Assembly (NCBI GenBank): GCA_038228295.1
Contig: JBBRPH010000004.1
Location: 11,118-75,117 of the forward strand
Length of the DNA: 64,000 bases
Origin: Chloroflexia bacterium
Lineage (GTDB): Bacteria > Chloroflexota > Chloroflexia > QHBQ01 > JAICKM01
Reading direction: 5' to 3'
A program made the position numbers and the translations under genes. Positions 54,269-62,961 of the stretch are shown here, one piece after another. How positions within the stretch are numbered: position 1 is the first letter of the stretch; each line of letters opens with the position of its first letter. The notes beneath the pieces were generated by a model that saw only the letters and a list, made by a program, of their open reading frames with translations, searched no databases and had not been told where the DNA came from.

Positions 54269-55684
54269 ATGAAAACCCCCGACCAATCGGATATGCACCT
54301 CTATGGTAGCGAAGGAAAAGATAGCGCCAAGCCTTTCGCTGTCTCGACTTTCTTGCCTAGTAGCAAACCCAGCGGTCCGCAACTCTCGATCAGCACTAGT
54401 ACGATCATCCGTATTTGCTTGGTGGTCTTAGGTATTGCACTGTTTGCCTATCTGACCTATCGCATCCTACCGGTGTTGCTGCTGCTACTGATCGGCGTGA
54501 TGCTGGCGACCGCTATTGAGCCGGTGGTGACAAAGCTGCGGCGTGGACCGTTCAGCCGTAGCCAGGGTGTGCTGATCGTCTACAGCGGAATCTTTGCCGT
54601 GCTGGTACTAATCGGTTATCTGATCATTCCAGTGTTCATCAATCAGGTCGGCGAGGTCGTCACCAATCTGCCGAAAAGTGTAGATGGTCTACAGACCTGG
54701 GCTAATTCACTCAAACCGGGGATTTTCCATGATCAGGCGGTGAATGCGGCTACAGCGCTAGGTTCGTTTTTCCCTAAGCCGGGCACCGCTTCGACTACCA
54801 CGCCCGTCACCCAGGAACAGGCAGCCAATGTGGGCGCGGCGGCGCTGAGTTTGGCGGAAGGCGCATTGTCGGCGATTCTGCTGTTCGTGATTGCGTTCTA
54901 CTGGATGACGGAGCGCACGCTGGTGAAGCGGTCATTGGTCTCGTTGCTACCGGCCGACCGGGGCAACCGCATCCGCCGCGTATGGGACGAGATCGAGGTC
55001 AAGGTCGGCGGCTGGGTGCGCGGTCAGCTAACGCTAATGGGACTGGTCGGCCTGATCAGCGCGGTCGGCTATTTTTCTATCGGCGTGCGCTACTGGCCGG
55101 CGTTGGCCCTGTTTATTGCCATTGCCGAAGCGATTCCGCTGGTCGGCCCCTACATCGGCACGGCCCCGGCCATATTGGTGGCTTTGACCCAACCGGACAA
55201 CGACGGGATGCCTGCGGTACTACACTTAGATAATATGGGTGGCGTGACTCGTGCCCTGCTAGTAGCGGTTTTTGCCGTCCTATTGCAGACGGTCGAGGGC
55301 AACGTGCTGGTGCCGCGCATCATGCGAAACAGCGTCGGCATCAGCGCGCTCACAGTGATTGCTAGCCTGCTGATCGGCTCGGCCCTGGCTGGGCTGCCGG
55401 GTGCCTTGCTAGCCGTGCCGACGGCCGGGGCGATCCAGGTGATCGTGGCTGATTTGCGAACTGCTGCCGAGGCCAAGGCCGCCGACGAGCAACGGCAGGC
55501 TGAACTGGCGGTAGCCGAAGAGGAAAAGGCCGCCGAGCAGGAAGCCGCCGCCCAGCTTGTCTTGCCCGGCTCTGAGGCTATGAGCGCCGACACGCCGCAG
55601 CTGATCCTACCGGGCACGCCCGATGTGCCTGCCGCCTCCGCCCCGGTCGCTGCTGTTGTTGCCGGCGTCAAGCCGACGAGGTGA
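54269..55684 (+). CDS. AI-2E family transporter (PerM/UPF0118) with Ala/Glu-rich C-terminal tail
   Basis: Eight TM segments; the FIAIAEAIPLVGPYIG motif is typical of the AI-2E family. Confidence 0.75.
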   Translation: MKTPDQSDMHLYGSEGKDSAKPFAVSTFLPSSKPSGPQLSISTSTIIRICLVVLGIALFAYLTYRILPVLLLLLIGVMLATAIEPVVTKLRRGPFSRSQGVLIVYSGIFAVLVLIGYLIIPVFINQVGEVVTNLPKSVDGLQTWANSLKPGIFHDQAVNAATALGSFFPKPGTASTTTPVTQEQAANVGAAALSLAEGALSAILLFVIAFYWMTERTLVKRSLVSLLPADRGNRIRRVWDEIEVKVGGWVRGQLTLMGLVGLISAVGYFSIGVRYWPALALFIAIAEAIPLVGPYIGTAPAILVALTQPDNDGMPAVLHLDNMGGVTRALLVAVFAVLLQTVEGNVLVPRIMRNSVGISALTVIASLLIGSALAGLPGALLAVPTAGAIQVIVADLRTAAEAKAADEQRQAELAVAEEEKAAEQEAAAQLVLPGSEAMSADTPQLILPGTPDVPAASAPVAAVVAGVKPTR

Positions 55685-55902
55685 GGCGTGAAATGTGATT
55701 ACGTTAAGGTAGCGCGTGTGATGTAGCGACGCTGTTTGCCGCGCTGGGGAGCATCTAATCTGGTGTAGGGGTTCCACATTCCGCCTTTAGCAAAGGGGCC
55801 GGAGGGCGACCACCGCTGACGGGTGTCAGGTGGCCGCCGACCGGGACCAGTTGCAGCAAGGGCCGCCGGCGCCCGGCACGCCGGGCGGGGCGATTTGGGG
55901 GA

Positions 55903-56331
55903 TCAGCCTTGCAACGCCTGATCGCTACCGCCAAAGTGAGTAGGGGCCGAAGTGGCCCGGCCCCAAGAGGGCAACCGCAACGAGACATCGGAAGCGAGGG
56001 TGGCGATTGCCGGATGATGAACAAGATCCAGGGTAGTACAGAGCGGCGTAAGGTCGGTGGGCCGGCGGTCGCGGCCCATGCCGAACAGTTCCAGGCGGTA
56101 ACAACCGGGGGCTAACGGCCAGCCGTCAGGGTCGTGCCCCTGCCAAACCAGTGTATTAGCCCCGACGCGCACCCGCAGATCGCCCAGGCTGAGAACCCAG
56201 CCGCCTGCCGCTGTGCACACCACCAACGTCGCAAAGCCCTCTTCCGCCGCAGCGAAATGAATCCGCACCTGCTCAGTGTTGGGATCGAAGCTGGGGAGAT
56301 CGGTATGTAGGTCGCTTAACAGCTGGGGCAT
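55903..56331 (-). CDS. Hypothetical protein with FlgD-Ig-like domain
   Basis: VRIHF....ATLVVCTAAGGWV...GANTLVWQGHDPDGWPLAPGCYRLELF follows the FlgD_ig pattern. Confidence 0.4.
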   Translation of the reverse strand: MPQLLSDLHTDLPSFDPNTEQVRIHFAAAEEGFATLVVCTAAGGWVLSLGDLRVRVGANTLVWQGHDPDGWPLAPGCYRLELFGMGRDRRPTDLTPLCTTLDLVHHPAIATLASDVSLRLPSWGRATSAPTHFGGSDQALQG

Positions 56332-56488
56332 CGTGGGTCTCCTCCTTGCCGGGTGCAGGTCATAGGTGCCTATGTCGTCGGTAGGTGTTGAGGAGACTAT
56401 AGCAAGGGGTTATCGTAAGAGTGTCGTAAGGCGCGACCCGTGCGCTCACTAGCCGATGACATTTTGGCACATAACACGCCGTGTTGGA

Positions 56489-59400
56489 TCAGGTATGCCG
56501 TGCTGCTTGACGCAACGCCGCCAAATCGCGTTGAAGAGTACGGAGCGACACGCCAAAGCTGCGGGCTAGGTCCGCTTCATCAAGCGTGTCCCCGCGCTGG
56601 GCGGCATCTCGGTAGAGGACGCGCAGTTCAGCGCGCCGGCCGGCAACCTTGCGCTCTAGTTTCTCGCCGGCCGATCCCCCAGCCGGCGAGAGCACAGCGC
56701 CGGCCGTGGCGGCGTGTGACTCCCAAGCGGCACGCAATTGGCGAGACTCACGCACACCTTCCAGATAGGCAGCGCGTAACTCCGGGCCGCAGCCGGCGGC
56801 CACCGCCAGCAACCGGGCGTACCCCCGTTCCAACACGGCGGCGGCTTCGACGGCTTGGCCGAGCGCGGTCAGCACCACCCAGCTATGGGTCAGCACCTCC
56901 ACAGTTGGGTCGGTCCAACTCTGATCCGCAGCATCGACCGCCGGTAGCGCGGCTAGTGCGGCGGCCACAGCGCGGCGGGCAGTGCCGGCCCGCCGCAGAC
57001 CCAGGTGCGCGCGGGCCAGGTGGATCGCGAACAGGGCGCTGTACTGCGCGCTGTCGGGTTCGCCCAGTTCTTGCCATAGGACATGGCCGCGTAGCAGAGT
57101 ATCGCGTCCGGCTTCGTATAGTCCCTGATCCAGAAGATAATCGCCGAGCGCCAACAGCGCGAGCATGGTCATAAACCGTGCGCCCGCCGCTTCCAGCAGC
57201 CGTAGCGCTTCCGTCAGATCGGCGCGGGCCGGGCCGCTGGCACCGAGGGCCGCCTGGAGTTGGCCGCGCGTCATCAGGAGCATTCCGATGTCCTGATCGC
57301 TTTGGGCTAAGGTCGCCAGTTCGAGCGCGTGCGTCAGGTGTAGTTGGGCCGCGTCATAAGCACCGAAGCGACAGAGGAGTTCGGCGAGGTTTTGGTGCGC
57401 CGTCTCCTGTTGGACTAACGAGCCGGTCTGCTCGGCGATGTTACCGAAGCGGCGGAACAGGTCATAGGCTGCCTGTGGAGTACTCACGAAGATCGCTAGG
57501 TTGTTGAGGATGCGCGCTTCTAGGTCAAGCGCGTAGGGCAACTCGCGCACCTCGGTCAGCGCCGCTTCGAGTAAGGCCACGGCTTGGGCCACCGCGCCTT
57601 GCTGGCCGTGGACGGCGCCCAGCAGGTTGAGTGCTTCGACCGCCCCGCGCCCGTCGCCGATGGAGCGATACTCGGCGCGCGCGGCCTCGGCAGCATGGAT
57701 CGCGGCAGCGTGATTGCCGCTGCGGATTTGCAGCCGGGTCAGTTGGATCAGAATGCGCGCCATGGCCGGGCGGTTCTGCCCGCGTTCGGCCAGGGCATAT
57801 GCTTCGTCCAAGTCCGCCTGGGCATCGGCATAGCGAGTGCGCGAGATGCGGTCGGCACTGCGCCGGGCCAGTGCATCGGCCAAGCGGCCCGGTTGCCCGC
57901 CGTCGCGGGCGGTCGCCACCAGCCAGTTGAGGTCGGCGGTGGCCGCCGCCACACGCTCCAGCCGCGCATTGACTGCCGCCCGCCCGGCGATCAGCGCGTA
58001 GAAGCGTTCGCTCTCGGCGGTAGGCAGCAGGTCCGGCTCGGCCTGTAGAGACCCCAGCGCCTGATCGTAGAAGGTCAGTGCCTCGCGATGGGCGAAGGCG
58101 GCGACGGCGCGCTCGGCCGCCTCCTGCAAATAAGGGATCGCGTGGGCCATATCCCCGCCGGCGACCCAATGGTGGGCCAACTGCTCGACCGGAGCGGCCC
58201 CTTCGGCCTCTAACGCGCCCGCTGCCAGCCGATGCAAATGCCGCCGGCGCGGGCCGCTGATGCCACTATAGGCCACTTCCAGCACTTTGTGGTGAGCAAA
58301 CGCATAGCCGTCGTCGGATTCCAGCCAGAGTTGGTGGCGCAACAGTTCATCGGCCGGCCCGATTACCGCATCGGGAGTAGAGCCGCTGGCCCGCCAGAGC
58401 AAGCGTTCCGGTACCTGGCGGCCCAGCACCGCGCCGACCTCGATTATCGCACGGGCGGCGGGGGTGAGGCGCGACAACCGCTGTTCCAACACGCGCCGCA
58501 CCCCGACCGGCGTGGGGAGGGCTGTGTAGCCGCCGTCGGGCGTGTGCCAAGTGCCGTCGGCCCGGCGCGTCAGTACATTACGCTCGGCCCAAAAGCGCAT
58601 TGTTTCCAACGCAAAAAACGGATTGCCCTCGGTCTCGCCCCAGAGGTGGGCGCTGAACTGCGGCGCAGGCGTGGGTAGGCCCAGCGCCGCCTGCACCAGC
58701 CGGCCTACAGCCTCCTGCGATAGCCGTTCGACCGGTAAATAATCGAGCATCCCCTGGACTTCTAGGTTTCGTAGCGTGGCGGCAAGGGCAGGCGCGCCCG
58801 CTAGGTCTTCGCCCCGTGCTGTCGCCAACATTCGCAAACCCACGCCGCTACTCCGCAGGCGTGGCAGCGCGTATTGCAGCAGATCCAGCGTGGCCGGGTC
58901 TACCCATTGCACGTCTTCCAGGACAAACAGGTGTGGCCCGCCGGCGGCTAGGGCCAGCAGATAGCGCGTCAACGCTTCCCACAGACGGAGGCGATCCTGA
59001 TCGGGCGGCAGGCTGATGGGCGGCGGTAGGCCGGGGAACAGGGTAGCCAGTTCGGGCATCAGGCGGCTGACCTCGCTGAGCCAGATCGGTTCGAGCGTGG
59101 GTGGGCCGCCCAGACGCAAACCTACCCGCAAGGCATCCACCAGACCGGCGTAGGGCAACGGCGCGGCCAACGGTTGGTAGTGCCCCCAAAGGACAAACAT
59201 ACGCCGACCATAAGCAGCTTCCGCCGTGTCAAAGGCAAGGCGCGTTTTGCCCACGCCCGCTTCACCTTGCAAGAGCAGCATCGGCGGGTGGGGCCGCGGC
59301 GCGGCCAGCCAAGCGGCCAAGGTGGCTTGTTGCGCGGCGCGGCCCACTAACGGCAGCCGCCGGATATTGCTGCCCAATGTGTGCAGCGTATCGGCTCCTG

Positions 59401-60256
59401 CGCCTCCTAGCGGCACCGGCGCGGCGACCAACGGCGTGATCTGCGGCGCGAAGCCCCGCCCATCCAATGCGGACGACAGTATACCGAGTGCGGAGTGCGT
59501 AGGGGTGTCGTCTAAAACGGTGCCGGCGTGCATCAGGGTATAGAGGGTGACCGTCTCGGCTTCCGGTTCTAGGTTTAGGTCGGCGGTCAGCACGGCGCGT
59601 AGGGTGGCGAATTGTTGCAAAGCCCGGTCGCGGCGGCCCAGCCGGTAGTAGAAGCGCATCAATTGGCGGGTTACATCTTCGCGGTAGGGGTCGGCGGTCA
59701 GCAAGCGGGCGGCAACGGCGGCGGCATCCTCCCAGGCGGCGGCGGCGGCGGCACCGGCCATCAACCGGCCCAGGCAGCCCAGATAGACTTGGCGCAACCG
59801 CTCCCGCTCCAGCAGCACCCAATCTTCGTAGTAGCCGATAAGTAGATCGCCTCGGTAGAGGTCGGCCGCCACCTGTTGGGCGGTCGTGTCGGTGGGTTCG
59901 CGCAGGGCCGCCTCGAAGCGCCGCACATCATGATCCAGATCGGCGGCGGGGTTGAGGCGCACACTATCGCCCTCGAACAGCAGTATCGGCTCCGAGGTGA
60001 GTGCGCCTGCGGCCGAGTGCGGTTCGAGCAGCGTGCGGATGCGCCATAGCGCATCGCTGAGGTTACGGCGGGCACGGCGCTCCGGCTGGTCGCCCCAGCA
60101 CAACCCGGCCAGCAGGCTGCGCGGGTGGCTGCGGTCGTGTGCGGTGAGCAGATACGCCAGCACCAGCGCGGCTTTTTGCGGGGTCGGCAACGGCAGCGGC
60201 TGCCCTGCCCGTTCCAGCCCCAGCCCGCCGAATAGGCGGATCGTTAATGTCGCCAT
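56489..60256 (-). CDS. Large SARP/AfsR-like regulator: winged-helix, BTAD, P-loop ATPase, TPR array and C-terminal HTH
   Basis: LFGGLGLERAGQPL...LWRIR (OmpR-type wHTH). BTAD (DLYRGDLL...DPYREDVTRQLMRFYYRLGRRDRALQQF). Walker A GEAGVGKT and Walker B LFVLEDVQWVD. About 600 aa of TPR-like helices. C-terminal SFGVSLRTLQRDLAALR. Start at MATLTI (60256). Confidence 0.75.
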   Translation of the reverse strand: MATLTIRLFGGLGLERAGQPLPLPTPQKAALVLAYLLTAHDRSHPRSLLAGLCWGDQPERRARRNLSDALWRIRTLLEPHSAAGALTSEPILLFEGDSVRLNPAADLDHDVRRFEAALREPTDTTAQQVAADLYRGDLLIGYYEDWVLLERERLRQVYLGCLGRLMAGAAAAAAWEDAAAVAARLLTADPYREDVTRQLMRFYYRLGRRDRALQQFATLRAVLTADLNLEPEAETVTLYTLMHAGTVLDDTPTHSALGILSSALDGRGFAPQITPLVAAPVPLGGAGADTLHTLGSNIRRLPLVGRAAQQATLAAWLAAPRPHPPMLLLQGEAGVGKTRLAFDTAEAAYGRRMFVLWGHYQPLAAPLPYAGLVDALRVGLRLGGPPTLEPIWLSEVSRLMPELATLFPGLPPPISLPPDQDRLRLWEALTRYLLALAAGGPHLFVLEDVQWVDPATLDLLQYALPRLRSSGVGLRMLATARGEDLAGAPALAATLRNLEVQGMLDYLPVERLSQEAVGRLVQAALGLPTPAPQFSAHLWGETEGNPFFALETMRFWAERNVLTRRADGTWHTPDGGYTALPTPVGVRRVLEQRLSRLTPAARAIIEVGAVLGRQVPERLLWRASGSTPDAVIGPADELLRHQLWLESDDGYAFAHHKVLEVAYSGISGPRRRHLHRLAAGALEAEGAAPVEQLAHHWVAGGDMAHAIPYLQEAAERAVAAFAHREALTFYDQALGSLQAEPDLLPTAESERFYALIAGRAAVNARLERVAAATADLNWLVATARDGGQPGRLADALARRSADRISRTRYADAQADLDEAYALAERGQNRPAMARILIQLTRLQIRSGNHAAAIHAAEAARAEYRSIGDGRGAVEALNLLGAVHGQQGAVAQAVALLEAALTEVRELPYALDLEARILNNLAIFVSTPQAAYDLFRRFGNIAEQTGSLVQQETAHQNLAELLCRFGAYDAAQLHLTHALELATLAQSDQDIGMLLMTRGQLQAALGASGPARADLTEALRLLEAAGARFMTMLALLALGDYLLDQGLYEAGRDTLLRGHVLWQELGEPDSAQYSALFAIHLARAHLGLRRAGTARRAVAAALAALPAVDAADQSWTDPTVEVLTHSWVVLTALGQAVEAAAVLERGYARLLAVAAGCGPELRAAYLEGVRESRQLRAAWESHAATAGAVLSPAGGSAGEKLERKVAGRRAELRVLYRDAAQRGDTLDEADLARSFGVSLRTLQRDLAALRQAARHT

Positions 60257-60333
60257 ACTGCCACCCCTACTATAGGGCATATTATACCATATGGTCTTCT
60301 GGATGTTTACCCCTGGTTGCTGCCAAGCGATCC

Positions 60334-60362
60334 TTGCATCTGTGCATGGCTTCTGGTATAAT
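60334..60362 (+). promoter_or_regulatory. tRNA-Glu promoter (TTGCAT, 17 nt spacer, TGgTATAAT)
   Basis: TTGCAT at 60334-60339 and TGGTATAAT at 60354-60362; same -35, spacer length and -10 as the tRNA-Val promoter. Confidence 0.7.
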
Positions 60363-60378
60363 AGGCCAGTTAGTATGC

Positions 60379-60452
60379 GGCGCGTTCGTCTAGCGGCCTA
60401 GGACACGTCCCTTTCAAGGATGAGATCAGGGGTCCGAATCCCCTACGCGCTA
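60379..60452 (+). tRNA. tRNA-Glu (anticodon TTC)
   Basis: Hand-folded: acceptor GGCGCGT/ACGCGCT (G1-U72 wobble), D arm GTCT-AGCGGCCTA-GGAC, anticodon arm CGTCC-CTTTCAA-GGATG, T arm AGGGG-TCCGAAT-CCCCT, discriminator A. Confidence 0.8.
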
Positions 60453-60467
60453 CTATATGGTGTTTCG

Positions 60468-60498
60468 AAAGGCGTACGGCTGCGGTCGTGCGCCTTTT
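60468..60498 (+). terminator. Rho-independent terminator after tRNA-Glu
   Basis: Stem AAAGGCGTACG / CGTGCGCCTTT (one mismatch) followed by TTTT. Confidence 0.6.
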
Positions 60499-60514
60499 GC
60501 GTCGAGGTTGGATT

Positions 60515-61060
60515 ATGCTGCCGGATAATAGCTACTCCGACGGTGGGGGCTGATTCGCCCGCCCCCGCCTGCTGACGGGCCGGCTTTTCGTCAGGCGGTG
60601 CTGGAGTCGGCGGCGGCGGTCTCGTGCGGGCTGCCTCGCCTGAGCGTCGATCTCACGCTGGGCGGGGTGGCGGGTTGAGTCGCAGAAAGCGCCGGCGACC
60701 CATTCGCCGGCAGCGGCTACCGCTTTTTGATCACGGATGCCGGCGGCGGCACGCTCTTGGGGAGTTGTGGCCTTAGCCCAATCAACCGCCGGCATCGCTT
60801 CGCCAACGTGTTTTACTGGGTGCGGAGCGGCTATACCGGCCGGGGGATCGCCCGGCGCGCCGTGCGCCTGCTGGTGGGCTTCGGCTTCGCCCCGTTAGGC
60901 TTGGCAGCGCATTGAAATCCTGACCGATGTGGACAACGCCGCCAGCCGCCGCCTGGCCGAACGGCGGGCGCAACCTATGGAAGGGCGCCTGCGCCACCGC
61001 CTCTACACCCCCGCCCCGCCCCGTGATGCTTTTCTCTGCTCCTGCTGCCGGCAGACTTTG
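60515..61060 (+). pseudogene. GNAT (RimJ/RimL-like) N-acetyltransferase, multiply disrupted
   Basis: ATG 60515 is in frame 2. Homology (LIRPPPPADGPAFRQAVLES..., YRFLITDAGGGTLLGSCGLSPINRRHRFANVFYWVRSGYTGRGIARRAV) runs in frame 1 with an in-frame TGA at 60676-60678. The C-terminal IEILTDVDNAASRRLAER...EGRLRHRL returns to frame 2 after about 60905. Confidence 0.65.
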
Positions 61061-61170
61061 ACACGCCCGACTCGGTTTAGCCGGTACGATGGGGACGTAA
61101 GGTGCAACCTCTGCCTGTCTTGTTCGTTCCCTTTTAGAGAGTAACCCGTTTTAGCCCTCTGGAGGAAACC

Positions 61171-62754
61171 ATGTACCATCCTACGCACATCAAAATGGGA
61201 CCGTTGCTGCTGTTGGCCCTGCTGCTGCTCAGTAGTAGCTTAATGTCGGCTGCGGGGTTCCCGGCGCAGGCGGCGGATAGCCGGTATTTCGCGGAGACGG
61301 GGCACACGGTTCAGGCACAATTTTTGGCCTATTGGCAAGCGCATGGTGGGCTGGCCCAGCAGGGCTACCCGCTGAGTGAGGAAGTGACCGCAGTCTCGCC
61401 CACTGACGGCAAGCCGTATACGATGCAGTATTTTGAGCGCGCCGTGTTTGAGCGGCACCCAGAGAACGCGCCGCCCGCTGCCGTGCAGTTGAGTTTGCTC
61501 GGCGTGTTTGCCTACGCGCAACGCTATGGGCCGGCGGGCGCAGCCAATCAGCACGTTGCGTCCGATAATGCGCGCTTCTTCCCGCAAACCGGCCACAGCC
61601 TGGGTGGCCTATTTCGCGCCTATTGGGAAGGCCACGGCGATTTGGCCCAGCAAGGCTATCCGATCAGCGACGAGTTCAGCGAAACCAGCGCCCTCGACGG
61701 CAAACCCTACACCGTGCAGTATTTTCAGCGGGCCGTGTTTGAGCGGCATCCCGAACAGGCGGGCACGCCTTACGAGGTACTCCTCAGCCAGTTAGGGCGC
61801 TTACGCTACACGGCCCAAACTGCGCCCACCGCGACCGTCACCACGCCGGCCGGTTTGCCGGGTGAACGGCTGCCGGTGCCGGGCGACGTGCAACTGGGCG
61901 GTCACTATCTGGTCTACACACGCGGCAGCGCGCCGAATATGGGCATTTTCGCTTATAACCTGCTTACCCGCCAGGAACAGGCGGTCAAAACCGGCATCGC
62001 TGCGCTGGGTGCGCTCACCTTTTCGCCGCAGGGCAATGCTCTTGTTTGGTCCGAAACTGCTGAGGGGCGTGTGCGTCTGCGCGGCTACTATCTGGATCGG
62101 CGACAAGAGTTTATCATCATTGACACGCCGGTGGGCTCCAGCTTGGATGAAAGCGGCCTATCGTTGGACGGCGAGGATCTGTACTACACCGATTTTCAGG
62201 CGAATCATAACGGCATCTTTCGTCGCAACTTGCAAGGTGGCCCCGAAACGCGCTTCGGCTCCGTCAGCCCCGGCACGCCCAACCCCAGCCAGGGCCAAAT
62301 TGTGGCCGGTCGCTTCGTCTGGAAGCAGCAGATCCCCGATGGCGTGCGCTTGAATCTCTACGATCTGCCCGCAGCCCATAACACCGTGATCACCGAGACG
62401 CGCAGTGCCGACATTATCCACCTGAGCGCCGATTACGTGGTCTGGCATTCGTATGCTAATCCCGACCACCCCCAGGTCGTCCTCTACTCCATCGCGACCG
62501 GCCGCAGCCAAACGCTGGCCGCCGACAGCTTTGGGCCGGTGATCGGCGGTCATTGGGCGGTCATCAGCCGCCAACCGAGTTTCGGCCCGCCGCAGGTGGG
62601 CTACAGCTTGGTTTTGTATGATCTGGCAACCGGCCAGGCGCAAGTCTTACCCGTGCAAGATCGCCAGCGCGTCTGGGGGGTGGCGCTGACCGATCACGCG
62701 CTGCTCTATACCGGCGAACGCGATCCCGGCTTGTATTATCTTCCGCTCCCCTAG
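61171..62754 (+). CDS. Secreted protein with two LGFP-like repeats and a C-terminal beta-propeller-like region
   Basis: Signal peptide (LLLLALLLLSSSLMSAAGFPAQA). Two modules: FLAYWQAHGGLAQQGYPLSEE...DGKPYTMQYFERAVFERHPEN and FRAYWEGHGDLAQQGYPISDE...DGKPYTVQYFQRAVFERHPEQ. Confidence 0.6.
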   Translation: MYHPTHIKMGPLLLLALLLLSSSLMSAAGFPAQAADSRYFAETGHTVQAQFLAYWQAHGGLAQQGYPLSEEVTAVSPTDGKPYTMQYFERAVFERHPENAPPAAVQLSLLGVFAYAQRYGPAGAANQHVASDNARFFPQTGHSLGGLFRAYWEGHGDLAQQGYPISDEFSETSALDGKPYTVQYFQRAVFERHPEQAGTPYEVLLSQLGRLRYTAQTAPTATVTTPAGLPGERLPVPGDVQLGGHYLVYTRGSAPNMGIFAYNLLTRQEQAVKTGIAALGALTFSPQGNALVWSETAEGRVRLRGYYLDRRQEFIIIDTPVGSSLDESGLSLDGEDLYYTDFQANHNGIFRRNLQGGPETRFGSVSPGTPNPSQGQIVAGRFVWKQQIPDGVRLNLYDLPAAHNTVITETRSADIIHLSADYVVWHSYANPDHPQVVLYSIATGRSQTLAADSFGPVIGGHWAVISRQPSFGPPQVGYSLVLYDLATGQAQVLPVQDRQRVWGVALTDHALLYTGERDPGLYYLPLP

Positions 62755-62863
62755 CGGGTTGGTCCACGAAGAACACGAAGGATCACGACGATTGATCCGC
62801 GCCGGGGCGCGTAGGGCCGCGCAGCATGGGAACGATTAGAGGATAGGACCAGCACACCCACAG

Positions 62864-62899
62864 AAAAGCCCATCTCGGGTGGAGAGATGGGCTTTTTCT
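62864..62899. terminator. Bidirectional rho-independent terminator between convergent genes
   Basis: Stem AAAGCCCATCTC / GAGATGGGCTTT with a 7-nt loop. TTTTTCTT follows on the plus strand and TTTTCTG on the minus strand. Confidence 0.8.
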
Positions 62900-62961
62900 T
62901 ACTCATTTACACGTGAGCCTTCGTGCTCTTCATGGCTTAATCTTCGCGGGAATATAACGGC

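Noticed and set aside
56440-57174. 244-aa plus-strand ORF and other internal ORFs overlapping the SARP/STAND gene
   Set aside because: They are antisense or alternative-frame shadows with Arg/Pro-rich products. The minus-strand frame carries the Walker motifs and TPR repeats.
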